The notes below the pieces were generated by a model, which saw nothing but the letters and a program-made list of their open reading frames with translations, had not been told where the DNA came from and ran no database searches. The position numbers and the translations under genes are program-made. Shown piece after piece: positions 1 to 9,211 of a stretch of DNA of 64,000 nucleotides. The number at the start of each line of letters is the position of its first letter. The first letter of the stretch is position 1. This DNA is from an uncultured Verrucomicrobiae bacterium (GTDB taxonomy: Bacteria > Verrucomicrobiota > Verrucomicrobiia > Chthoniobacterales > Chthoniobacteraceae): the NCBI GenBank assembly GCA_963828525.1, contig CAWHEP010000001.1, forward strand, positions 128,001 through 192,000. Direction: 5' to 3'.

Positions 1-882
1 TGTAAAGGATAGCGCGACGAAGTACGCTGTAATGCCTGCCACCGACGCGACGCCAAACTCAGGTGAAATGGCAAGGTTTGCCAGAGGGAGAATGAAGGCC
101 AGGACTACTATGATGAACCGCCGGTTCGGCTTGGGCGCATAAGCTGTGAAGCAGCGATTCAAAAAGATGAGGGAAGCGAAGCAAACAAGGAATCGTACCG
201 GCGTATATTGCAAACCAAGTGTGATGTTGATAATCACCAGACCGACTAAAAGGAACAAAGTGGGACGGCTGAATCGACCTCCAAAAGCGCGGACGATATA
301 GACAAGCAGGAAATAACCGGCGACCCAGTGGCACAGCACAAGCGCGAAACAGGAGGTGTCTATGGACAACAGGCCCCCCATTGCTTTGTATAACCAGAAG
401 CACGGATAGAGGATTAATGGCCCATAGTTAAACTGGAAATCTCTATAGGGTTTCAGGCCCAATGGCATTTGATCCAACTCCGAGACAAAATTCCCGAATT
501 CGCCATATCGATCATAGGGCAGCATCCGGAAAATGAGGCTTTGAATCACCACCGCGATCGCCGTGGTGATGCCCATCGCCAGAAACAGCCCCTTGGAATT
601 ACAAAGACTGTCCTGCTCAGGAAGAAGCAACGACAGCAATGTGGCTTGCGTCTCGCTCGCGCCACGCGAGAGGCGCCGCAGCCAGGAGAGCGCAAAGAGC
701 AGCGCGAGCAGAGAGGCGAGCGAGAGATTCGCGGCAAGATTATTAAACCCGTACACGTATGAAGGCGAATCCGTGGGAGTGCCCATTGGCACAAACCAGG
801 GGAGCCAAAAGATGGCGCCCGCGCCGAGGAGAAGAGCGCAGATGACAAGGCCCGCGTAACGAGCTGCGACAAATTGGCTCAA
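1..882 (-). CDS. Polytopic membrane protein, probable GT-C fold glycosyltransferase-like (3' end runs off the window)
   Basis: Absent from the ORF track because it has no stop in the window. Manual translation from TTG 882 stays open to position 1, with many hydrophobic segments and the motif GLKPYRDFQFNYGPL typical of GT-C-like membrane proteins. Confidence 0.6.
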   Translation of the reverse strand, partial: MSQFVAARYAGLVICALLLGAGAIFWLPWFVPMGTPTDSPSYVYGFNNLAANLSLASLLALLFALSWLRRLSRGASETQATLLSLLLPEQDSLCNSKGLFLAMGITTAIAVVIQSLIFRMLPYDRYGEFGNFVSELDQMPLGLKPYRDFQFNYGPLILYPCFWLYKAMGGLLSIDTSCFALVLCHWVAGYFLLVYIVRAFGGRFSRPTLFLLVGLVIINITLGLQYTPVRFLVCFASLIFLNRCFTAYAPKPNRRFIIVVLAFILPLANLAISPEFGVASVAGITAYFVALSFT

Positions 883-969
883 GCCCCGGAGGCGAACGGG
901 GGGAAGACTTACAGGAATGGCTTGTGTTGGCGGCCCGCTTGCGCGGGAAATATGGGCTTTGGCTTTTTT

Positions 970-1140
970 CTTCACGTGGTCAGACACCGATTCGGCATAT
1001 GTACCTGACCGTAATCACAAGGTCTAAAAACCACGATACGGATCGCAGGGCCCGGCTGATTGCAGTGTATCCTCTGGGGTTGGAACACACCCACCATGGT
1101 CAGGCGAAACGGCTTCAACAGGCGTCGGGGTTTTTGAAGG
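970..1140 (-). ncRNA. ssrS: Candidate 6S RNA-like structured RNA
   Basis: About 170-nt intergenic segment with nested long-range pairings (CUUCA/UGAAG, GACGCC/GGUGUC, CCUGACC/GGUCAGG, GAUAC/GUAUC). Its 3' arm ACCUUG..GGUCAGG.UACA..GCC..CGGUGUC resembles the 6S 3' arm. Boundaries are approximate. Confidence 0.4.
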
Positions 1141-1271
1141 GGGCAAATTCTCAAATAAGCGGATTTCTACAGGAATGAGAGACAAAATTCGTGCCTTTTC
1201 TCAGATTTTGTGCTAGGAAAGCCGGAAAAGCTGGTATTTATTGAAATTCGCGCCCTCTCAGTCGATCTCTT

Positions 1272-1817
1272 ATGCACAACTTACTGACAGTTAAAGAAAC
1301 AGCCGAGTACCTCCGTATTCCACTTCCTACGGTGTACTACCTAGTGCAGCGCGGACAGTTGCCCGCAGTGCAAATCGGGGGACGCTGGAGAATCAAGAAA
1401 GAGTCTCTGGATCGTGACGTCCTTCATTCTGAACAGCAGGGGCAGCCGACGGTGCTGGTTGTAGATGACGATGAGATCGTGCAGGACACTTTCAAGCTGT
1501 TCCTAAAAAAGAATGGTTTTAGCCGGATGATCGTGGGCGACGGCAAAGAAGCCCTTGCCGCGCTGAACAAGCAGAAGTTCGATCTTTGTTTCCTCGACCT
1601 TATGCTGCCGGACATTACGGGAGACGAGATATACAAACATCTGAAGCAGATCGATCCCACGCTACCGGTGGTGATCATCACCGGATTTCCGGACAGCCAG
1701 ATGCTGGATAACATTTTGAAGTATGGTCCGGTTACCGTGCTGAAGAAGCCGCTGAAGCTTGAGCAGTTGAATCAAACGCTCAAATTCCTAGGGCACAAGC
1801 TCGCCGAAGCTGCTTAG
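1272..1817 (+). CDS. Response regulator with N-terminal excisionase-like HTH (HTH_17) and C-terminal receiver domain
   Basis: LLTVKETAEYLRIPLPTVYYLVQRGQLPAVQIGGRWRI, then a REC domain (VLVVDDD, FLDLMLPD, IITG, KKP). Confidence 0.9.
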   Translation: MHNLLTVKETAEYLRIPLPTVYYLVQRGQLPAVQIGGRWRIKKESLDRDVLHSEQQGQPTVLVVDDDEIVQDTFKLFLKKNGFSRMIVGDGKEALAALNKQKFDLCFLDLMLPDITGDEIYKHLKQIDPTLPVVIITGFPDSQMLDNILKYGPVTVLKKPLKLEQLNQTLKFLGHKLAEAA

Positions 1818-1820
1818 AGC

Positions 1821-2420
1821 TCATCCCTTTTTAAGCAGGCGCAGACGGTGGAAAGTTCGACCCTCCGCCAGGAAGCGGGCCTCGAAGTCTGTTGCTGGAT
1901 ACGAGGGATCCTCGGGCCAGGGTAATTCGATGAAAGGATGTGCCTGGGCGACCTTCCTGGCGTGTCCGAAGTAGGTTTCGTCATCTGTCATGAAGCGAAT
2001 CTCGCCTTCTCGATTTAAGACGCTCCATGCCGCGCGCAGAAAGGCATCATTTATCAGCCTGCGCGAGTGATGTCGCCGTTTTGGCCACGGATCAGGGAAG
2101 AGGACATGGAAGACTGCCACAGACTCTGTAGGAAGAAGGCGCAAGCATTCGTCGATCTGGCCGCGGAAGATTCTGACGTTCGTCAGGTCGAGGCGGGCAG
2201 CCGAGCGGCAGACCTTGCCCACGCGATTCAGGAGTCGCTCCACACCGAGAAAGTTGCGCTCGGGAAACTGTTTTGCGAGGGCAACTAGAAACGTGCCCGT
2301 GCCCGCGCCAAGATCGACCTCCAGAGGGGCCTCGCGTCCAAAAAGCGGGGGTGGATCAATGGAGGCAATACCAGCCTCCAGGAGAATAGATGAGCGCTCG
2401 GCAGTCGCTTCCTCGTTCAT
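1821..2420 (-). CDS. trmB: tRNA (guanine-N7)-methyltransferase
   Basis: EVDLGAGTG, NFLGVE, FPDPWPKRRH, MTD and TDFE motifs. Confidence 0.92.
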   Translation of the reverse strand: MNEEATAERSSILLEAGIASIDPPPLFGREAPLEVDLGAGTGTFLVALAKQFPERNFLGVERLLNRVGKVCRSAARLDLTNVRIFRGQIDECLRLLPTESVAVFHVLFPDPWPKRRHHSRRLINDAFLRAAWSVLNREGEIRFMTDDETYFGHARKVAQAHPFIELPWPEDPSYPATDFEARFLAEGRTFHRLRLLKKG

Positions 2421-2656
2421 GCGGGGATTTGCCTGTCTAAGTGGGGTCAGCCGTCCTGATCAACTGTGTTTCCATGCGGATTTGAATAAGCCATATCTGT
2501 AGTTGAGGCGGCAAGCTCTCCCTTTCGCGGTCCCGTGCGCGCCTCGGAATGACGTAATGGAGCAAAGAAGCGTAAAAGATCGTTCAAAAGCGCCGCAACC
2601 CTTTATTCTCCGTCGACGTAACTAAAGTTCGCGGAGCGAATTCCGGAGCCTCTACC

Positions 2657-3664
2657 ATGAATACAGTAAAAGCCTACGCCTCAAAATCCGCCGGGAGCAG
2701 CCTTGAGCCCTTCTCGTATGACGAGCAAGCGTTGAGGCCCCACGAGGCGCGGATCGAAGTGAAATACTGCGGCGTATGCCATAGCGATATCGCCATGATC
2801 GACAATGACTGGAAGTTCACGGGCTACCCCTTGGTGCCTGGCCACGAAGTTGTTGGCACAGTGTTGGAGATCGGTTCCGATGTGGCGGGGATCAAGCCTG
2901 GGCAGGCGGTCGGTGTTGGCTGGCAGAGCGGTTCGTGCTCGGAGTGCGAGTACTGCCGCCGCGGCAAAGAGCATTTATGCGCGAAGGAACAGGACACTAT
3001 CGTGCATCGGCACGGCGGCTGGGCGACCTCCGTCGTCGTTGAAGCGCCTTTTGCCGTGCCACTTCCCGACGGATTGTTTTGTGCCGAAGCCGCGCCGTTA
3101 ATGTGCGCCGGGAGCACGGTTTTTTCCCCCATGCTTCACCACGGGGTGACAGCGGGCATGGAGGCGGCGGTCGTGGGAATCGGCGGTCTTGGACACCTTG
3201 CGGTGCAGTTTCTTTCGAAATGGGGATGCCGGGTGACGGCGATTTCCAGTAGCCATGCCAAAGACGAAGAAGCGCGCGCGCTTGGGGCGTCCGCGTTTAT
3301 TGCCACGAAGAATGCGGACGAATTGAAGAAAGCGGCAAACCGGTTCGATTTCATCATTTCGACCGTTTCTGCTGACGTAAACTGGGCGCAATACGTCGCG
3401 GCATTGCGTCCCGAGGGTACGCTGGTGATAGTTGGCATCCCCGAAAACGACCTCCGCATCCCGGCATTTGGATTGATCCAGGGAGAGAAGAGCGTGTCTG
3501 GCGGGAGAACATCCAGTCCCCTTGATATTGGGCTGATGCTGAAGTTCGCGTCCCGGACAGGTGTGCGCGCGGTAATCGAAAAATATCCGCTATCGGAAGT
3601 GAATGCGGCCGTAGAGAAGGCGCGATCCGGGCGTTTGCGATACCGAGCGGTGCTGGAGGTTTAA
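2657..3664 (+). CDS. Zn-dependent NAD(P)H alcohol/aldehyde dehydrogenase (Ahr/CAD-like)
   Basis: CGVCHSD, GHE, CxxCxxC...C structural Zn site, GIGGLG. Confidence 0.9.
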   Translation: MNTVKAYASKSAGSSLEPFSYDEQALRPHEARIEVKYCGVCHSDIAMIDNDWKFTGYPLVPGHEVVGTVLEIGSDVAGIKPGQAVGVGWQSGSCSECEYCRRGKEHLCAKEQDTIVHRHGGWATSVVVEAPFAVPLPDGLFCAEAAPLMCAGSTVFSPMLHHGVTAGMEAAVVGIGGLGHLAVQFLSKWGCRVTAISSSHAKDEEARALGASAFIATKNADELKKAANRFDFIISTVSADVNWAQYVAALRPEGTLVIVGIPENDLRIPAFGLIQGEKSVSGGRTSSPLDIGLMLKFASRTGVRAVIEKYPLSEVNAAVEKARSGRLRYRAVLEV

Positions 3665-3715
3665 GAGGGATACTCTTTGACTTCCCCTGGTTGCTGAGGG
3701 ACTGTCCCGGCCCTC

Positions 3716-4936
3716 ATGCCATTCCAGCAACTCGGCCTTTCTGCTGCTCTCCTAAGGGGAGTGCAGTCGATGGGCTTTAGCGATCCCACTCCTGTCCAAC
3801 TTCGAGCCATTCCCGCCGCGCTGGAAGGGCGCGACCTGATTGCCTCCGCCCAGACTGGCACGGGTAAGACTGCCGCGTTTGCGCTTCCAGTCCTCCAGCG
3901 GCTCGACCGGCGCGGGGCTATCCGCTGTCTGGTCCTTGAACCTACGCGCGAGCTTGCCCAGCAGGTGGAGACTTCTTTTCGCGATCTCGCGCGGCACACG
4001 GATTTACGCGTCATCTCGTTGTTCGGCGGCGTGGGTTATGGCCTCCAAAGGAGCGCTTTGAAGGATGGGGTGGACATCATCGTCGCCACTCCTGGCCGGC
4101 TGGAGGACCATCTCCAACAGCGCACCATGCATCTTAGAGACATCCAGATCCTGGTGCTCGATGAGGTGGATCGCATGCTGGATGTCGGGTTTCTGCCAGT
4201 GGTGAAGCGCCTCGTTGCGCAATGCCCGAGGAACCGGCAGACGCTTTTTTTCTCCGCCACCGTCCCTCCGGAGATTTCCGACTTCGCCGCCTCCGCTCTG
4301 CATGATCCTGTTCGCATCGAGATTGGGATCAATCGTTCGGTGACATCCACCGTCACGCATGGTCTCTATGAGGTCGCGCAGTCGCAAAAGTTCGATCTCC
4401 TGCTCGCGCTGCTTGATTCCATTGACTTTCAGAGCGTGCTTGTCTTTTCCAGAACCAAACATGGGGCGGACAGGATCGCCAATCGCTTGCGCGGGGCGAA
4501 CCATTCGGTAGCGGTCCTGCACGCCAACCGATCCCAAAACCAGCGCCTGGAAGCGTTGACCGGGTTCAAGTCCGGCAAATACGAGGTGATGGTTGCAACC
4601 GATATCGCCGCGCGCGGCATCGACGTCGCCGGCATCAGTCACGTTATTAACTACGACATTCCAGAGCACGCTGAGGACTATGTGCATCGCATCGGGCGCA
4701 CGGGTCGCGCCCAGAGTGTCGGCGACGCGTTTACCCTTGTCGTGAGAGACGACGCGAAAAAGGTGCAGAATATCGAGCGCTTCGTGGGCCACAAAATTGA
4801 GCGGCTCCGCCTCCCCGGTTTCAAATACGCAACAGAGCAGCCGCCAATGCCGGAAGCGCAGAGGCGAAGCGGGCGGCTATCGCCCAAATTGCCAGCCAGT
4901 AACGGCAAGACGGTGGGACGCGGTCGCCGATGGTAG
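3716..4936 (+). CDS. rhlE: DEAD-box RNA helicase (RhlE-like; motif II reads DEVD)
   Basis: Q motif, AQTGTGKT, PTRELA, TPGRL, DEVD, SAT, ARGID, HRIGRTGRA. Confidence 0.88.
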   Translation: MPFQQLGLSAALLRGVQSMGFSDPTPVQLRAIPAALEGRDLIASAQTGTGKTAAFALPVLQRLDRRGAIRCLVLEPTRELAQQVETSFRDLARHTDLRVISLFGGVGYGLQRSALKDGVDIIVATPGRLEDHLQQRTMHLRDIQILVLDEVDRMLDVGFLPVVKRLVAQCPRNRQTLFFSATVPPEISDFAASALHDPVRIEIGINRSVTSTVTHGLYEVAQSQKFDLLLALLDSIDFQSVLVFSRTKHGADRIANRLRGANHSVAVLHANRSQNQRLEALTGFKSGKYEVMVATDIAARGIDVAGISHVINYDIPEHAEDYVHRIGRTGRAQSVGDAFTLVVRDDAKKVQNIERFVGHKIERLRLPGFKYATEQPPMPEAQRRSGRLSPKLPASNGKTVGRGRRW

Positions 4937-4964
4937 CTCCCGGCCGTTCAATAGCCGGCGGACG

Positions 4965-5921
4965 ATGCCCGAGGTAGAGTCGAATTTTCATCCTCCTCTG
5001 TTCCTCCGGAACGGCCATCTTCAAACGATACTGCCTGTTCTCCTGCCCCGGCGGATTCCGGTCACATTCAAGCCCGGCAGGCTCGAACTTGAAGACGGGG
5101 ATTTCCTGGATCTCGGCTGGCGCCAGACTGGAAGCAATAGGGTCGCAATCCTCTCCCACGGACTGGAGGGCAGGTTGGAAAACGGTTACATCCGCGGCAT
5201 GGCGGGTGCCCTGAACGCGGCGGGGTGGGATGTGCTTGCCTGGAATTTTCGGGGCTGCGGAGAGGAAATGAACCGTTTGGCTGGCTTCTACCACAGCGGG
5301 GCGACAGGCGACTTGGGGGCCGTGATCGAGCTTGCCGCGCGAACCTATTCGAAGATCGCTCTCATCGGCTTCAGTCTCGGCGGCAATCTCACGTTAAAGT
5401 ATTTGGGTGAGGCTCCTGTCCACCCTTCTGTGGTTGCTGCCGCCGCCGTGTCCGTGCCCGTCGATCTCGCGGCCAGCGCGCGCCTCCTTGATACCCGATG
5501 GAGCAATGGGCTTTACCTCAGGCGCTTCATCAAGACGATGATCGCCAAAGTGGAAGCAAAGGCAGTTCACTTTCCCGCGGAGCTCGACCTTACCGGTATC
5601 CGGGAGATCAAGAAGTTCCAGCAATTCGACGACAAATATACGGCGCCCCTGCATGGATTTCTTGACGCCGCCGATTATTGGAAACGGGCCAGCTCCCGGC
5701 AATTCCTTCCCGGCGTCACTGTCCCGACGCTTCTTCTAAACGCCCGAAACGATCCATTCTTGACCCCCGAGTGCTTCCCAGCCGAGGAGGCGCGGAATAA
5801 CCGATGCCTTTTCCTTGAGACTCCCGAGTCAGGCGGACACGTTGGATTTCTCGACCTGCGCGCGGGGCTGAATCCATGGTCGGAGCGGCGGGTACCAGGA
5901 TTTCTCAGCGAGGCGTATTAA
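4965..5921 (+). CDS. YheT-family alpha/beta hydrolase
   Basis: NGHLQT, HGLEG, GFSLGG nucleophile elbow, NDPF, GGHVGF. Start moved to ATG 4965. Confidence 0.85.
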   Translation: MPEVESNFHPPLFLRNGHLQTILPVLLPRRIPVTFKPGRLELEDGDFLDLGWRQTGSNRVAILSHGLEGRLENGYIRGMAGALNAAGWDVLAWNFRGCGEEMNRLAGFYHSGATGDLGAVIELAARTYSKIALIGFSLGGNLTLKYLGEAPVHPSVVAAAAVSVPVDLAASARLLDTRWSNGLYLRRFIKTMIAKVEAKAVHFPAELDLTGIREIKKFQQFDDKYTAPLHGFLDAADYWKRASSRQFLPGVTVPTLLLNARNDPFLTPECFPAEEARNNRCLFLETPESGGHVGFLDLRAGLNPWSERRVPGFLSEAY

Positions 5922-5983
5922 CGCGGTTGGGTAGGAAGCGAGGCGCCGTTGCCATTTGGCGCCAGCGCCAGCGGCTGAAGGAT

Positions 5984-7417
5984 CTACCAGGTGTAGTGCA
6001 CTGTGTAAGTCACCACTTTTTCCTCGTCCGCCTGGACTGTTTCGCGGAATTCAATTGTGTGCGAATCCAGTTTCGTAAAGTCATCGCTCTTTTCTTTGAT
6101 CGCCCAGTTGTCAAACCGAGAGAGATGCTCGACCACGCGAATTTCGGCAGCCTCTTTTTTGTGATTTCGCAGCTTGATCTCGAACGTCTCATCCAGCCAG
6201 TGGCTATTCTCATGCGACTCGTAGCTCGTCCTGCGGCGTTCACCGGCGAGATCGAAGCTGTTCCCGACATACACCCGGATTGTCTCGTCCTTCGCCGTAT
6301 GATCGATCTCATTTTCGCCGGTAAACTCCAATTGCCTGTCGTCGTCCTGCTGGTAGAAGCGGAGGCGGCCCTTCGGCAAGGGCATGCCAAGGTGGTTTTC
6401 CTCGGAGTTCTTGAATTCCCGCAATATCCATACCTTTTTGTTCATTTTGTTCATTTGAGGGCCGTACTCGCCAGCGCCGCGGAACATGTTGTAATTGCCA
6501 TAGGTCATCGTCGCGCCATCGTAGATGTAAATGCGGGGAGCGTTGACCCCTTGCGCGCGGACGAACTCCACCTGCTTGGTCTCATGGTTTCGCAACGTCG
6601 CGGGATGGTTGATCGTGTATAGGTGGTAATCTGAGAAGGCCTTCTCCGACATAGGGGCGGAAGCCGCATCCAAATCGGCGCCGGCCCGGGCCATCGTAAA
6701 CGCTCTGGTAGCGACGCGGCGCACCCGGTTCACGTCACCCGCCATCAGCTTTATCTTCGCGTCCCGGAATGTTTTGCCCGAGTTGTTGTCAAACGTCACC
6801 CAACCCACGAGATCAATGATGTCGCTCTTTTCCGGGGCCACGATGTTGTAGTCCGAATGCCATGCGAAGCCATCGGTCACGTAAGCCAGTTCGGCATCCA
6901 GTTTGGCGGCTTCTGGCGCGTCCAATTTCCACGCGAGGGTGGGGTTCAGAACCGTGTCATCGTCCAGGGTGGGAAACATTGGCTCCCCGGGCAGCGCAAA
7001 TACCAATCGCCCGTCCACCTCAATGATCGGTTGGGTAGTGTTTTGTCCACCCGCGCCATAGCCGCTCCTGACGATTTTTCCCGTTATTTCCCGATCTGGC
7101 TTCCCGGGCTCACGGGAGTAAAAACTGATTGTCTTGCCCTCGTCGAGGGAGAGGAGCAGGTCGCGAGAGATCGGGTCATTGCGGTAGCTTTGTTCCAGGA
7201 CTCTGAATTGAACCTTCCCCGCGGGGTCGCGCAAAATCACGGAATCCGTTTCGGCGGTCGCAGTCATCCCGGAAAAGCGGGCATCCTGCACGCCTGCCTT
7301 TAAGTCGAGGGGCACGGTTTCCCGCACGACGGCGAACCCGTCATTATAGATTGTAAGAGCGGGGTCGGCGGCAAGAGCGACGTTCGAAAGGAGCAGCAAG
7401 GATAAGATTGTCTTCAT
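5984..7417 (-). CDS. Secreted DUF4139-like protein
   Basis: Signal peptide, LTIYNDGFAVVRE, LMAGDVNRV, LGMPLPKG, ENEIDHT. Confidence 0.75.
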   Translation of the reverse strand: MKTILSLLLLSNVALAADPALTIYNDGFAVVRETVPLDLKAGVQDARFSGMTATAETDSVILRDPAGKVQFRVLEQSYRNDPISRDLLLSLDEGKTISFYSREPGKPDREITGKIVRSGYGAGGQNTTQPIIEVDGRLVFALPGEPMFPTLDDDTVLNPTLAWKLDAPEAAKLDAELAYVTDGFAWHSDYNIVAPEKSDIIDLVGWVTFDNNSGKTFRDAKIKLMAGDVNRVRRVATRAFTMARAGADLDAASAPMSEKAFSDYHLYTINHPATLRNHETKQVEFVRAQGVNAPRIYIYDGATMTYGNYNMFRGAGEYGPQMNKMNKKVWILREFKNSEENHLGMPLPKGRLRFYQQDDDRQLEFTGENEIDHTAKDETIRVYVGNSFDLAGERRRTSYESHENSHWLDETFEIKLRNHKKEAAEIRVVEHLSRFDNWAIKEKSDDFTKLDSHTIEFRETVQADEEKVVTYTVHYTW

Positions 7418-7516
7418 GGTGGGGCAGGGGAGAGTGGGCCAAGCATACCCGGGTCAAACGGCAATAAGAAGAAAACTTGCGCTCGTATTTGAGAACAGCT
7501 CCGCGCGGTGGGATAG

Positions 7517-9139
7517 ATGGCGCTTGCCATGCTTTCCATACGCGATCTGAAAAAAACCCTCGGTGGGAGAACTCTATTCGAGAACGCCTCGATGCAGGTC
7601 AACTACGGGGAGCGGGTCGCGCTGGTGGGACCCAATGGCGCGGGAAAGTCCACTCTCTTCTCTATCATCCTCAAGCGGGACGTTCCGGATACTGGCTCCG
7701 TGGAGCGCGACGAGTGGACAATGGTGGGCTACCTGCCGCAGGAAGCTGAGGCTGTTGGAGAGGAAAGCGTAATGGATGTGGCGACGGGGCGCGCCGGTGA
7801 GTTGCCAGCCTTGGAGCGCCAGCTCCACGCGCTGGAAAAGGCCGGCCAGGTGGACGGCGCTGAATACGCCGAGGCCCATGCCAAGCACGAGGCGCTCAGC
7901 AATCCACAAGTCGACGCCCGGGCAAAAAAAATCCTCTCAGGGCTTGGCTACCGCGAGTCGGATTTCGAACGGGGAGCGCGGGAGATGAGCGGCGGCTGGA
8001 TCATGCGAGCGCATCTTGCGCGTCTGCTGGTTATGGAACCCGACCTGCTCCTCCTCGATGAGCCTACCAATCATCTGGATCTCCTCTCCCTGCTCTGGCT
8101 TCAGAACTACCTGAAAACCTATTCCGGAGCCGTGCTGCTCATTTCTCATGACAGGCAGTTCATGGATGAAATCGTTGAGACGGTCTTTGAAATCTCCGAG
8201 CAAAAATTGACGTCTTACACTGGCAATTACTCCGAGTTTTTGCGTCAGCGCGAGGCGCGGTATGAACAGCAGGCTGCCGCTTACAAAAATCAGCAGAAGG
8301 AAATCGCCGCCCTGAGAGAGTTTTACGACCGGTTCCGCTCGGTTGCCTCCAAGGCTTCGCAAGCAATGAGCAAACTCAAGCAGATCGAGCGCATGGAGTT
8401 GATCGAGAAGCCGACCCCGCCTCGCAAACCCTTCCGCTTCCAGATCCCCGAGCCTCCGAGGGGCGGTTCCAGGGCGATTACGCTGGAGGGCATCCACATG
8501 GCTTACGGCGCGAACAAAGTTTACGAAGGATTGGATCTAACGATTGAACGCGGCGAACGCACCGTGCTCGTGGGTCCCAATGGGGCGGGCAAATCGACAT
8601 TGCTCAAAATCCTGGCTGGCGTTCTGGATTTTCAGAAAGGCGAGCGCAAGCTTGGCCACAATGCGCGCATCGGCTACTTCAGCCAGCATCGCGCGGATAC
8701 GCTGGACGCGGAAAAGACCGTTCTTGATGAAGTTCTGGCAGCCGCGCCCGTCCTCCGGGAGGATGACGTGCGCGGCATACTGGGATCTTTCCTGTTTCGC
8801 AAAGACGAGATTTATAAGAAGACCGCGGTGCTCAGCGGCGGGGAAAAAAGTCGTTTGAACCTCATTAAATTCCTTGTTGATCCGCCGAATCTTCTCCTCA
8901 TGGATGAGCCAACCACCCATTTGGATATTCACACAGTCGAGTCTCTCATCCTCGCGCTTGCCTCCTACGAAGGTTCGCTCGTGTTCATTTCGCACGACGT
9001 GCATTTCATCCGAAAGCTCGCCACAAAGGTGCTCCATGTAAATGCCGGACGCGTGACGCCGTATGTAGGCGGCTACGATTATTTCCTTGAAAAGTCCGGC
9101 GCGGGGTCCGACGAGCGGGCCGCCCTCACGGCGGGGTAA
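7517..9139 (+). CDS. ABC-F family ATPase (ribosome-associated)
   Basis: Two nucleotide-binding domains (GPNGAGKST x2, LLLDEPTNHLD / LMDEPTTHLD), an interdomain linker and no transmembrane segments. Confidence 0.92.
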   Translation: MALAMLSIRDLKKTLGGRTLFENASMQVNYGERVALVGPNGAGKSTLFSIILKRDVPDTGSVERDEWTMVGYLPQEAEAVGEESVMDVATGRAGELPALERQLHALEKAGQVDGAEYAEAHAKHEALSNPQVDARAKKILSGLGYRESDFERGAREMSGGWIMRAHLARLLVMEPDLLLLDEPTNHLDLLSLLWLQNYLKTYSGAVLLISHDRQFMDEIVETVFEISEQKLTSYTGNYSEFLRQREARYEQQAAAYKNQQKEIAALREFYDRFRSVASKASQAMSKLKQIERMELIEKPTPPRKPFRFQIPEPPRGGSRAITLEGIHMAYGANKVYEGLDLTIERGERTVLVGPNGAGKSTLLKILAGVLDFQKGERKLGHNARIGYFSQHRADTLDAEKTVLDEVLAAAPVLREDDVRGILGSFLFRKDEIYKKTAVLSGGEKSRLNLIKFLVDPPNLLLMDEPTTHLDIHTVESLILALASYEGSLVFISHDVHFIRKLATKVLHVNAGRVTPYVGGYDYFLEKSGAGSDERAALTAG

Positions 9140-9211
9140 ACGGCGCCTGCCTCAGCGCGGCGCGAAGATAATTGTCTGGCGCGTAGGCGCGTCCATGATT
9201 AAAAATCTGTC

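Noticed and set aside
59..1178. Short ORFs in the track (59-403, 469-762, 546-872, 563-859, 924-1178, 972-1154)
   Set aside because: They are shadows of the unlisted minus-strand membrane-protein gene (1-882) or overlap the structured intergenic region, and have no recognisable motifs.
1272..1430. Excisionase-like HTH as a prophage marker
   Set aside because: It is fused to a receiver domain among housekeeping genes, with no phage or integrase genes nearby.
2421..2656. Riboswitch between trmB and the alcohol dehydrogenase
   Set aside because: No recognisable aptamer consensus or terminator; probably just divergent promoters.
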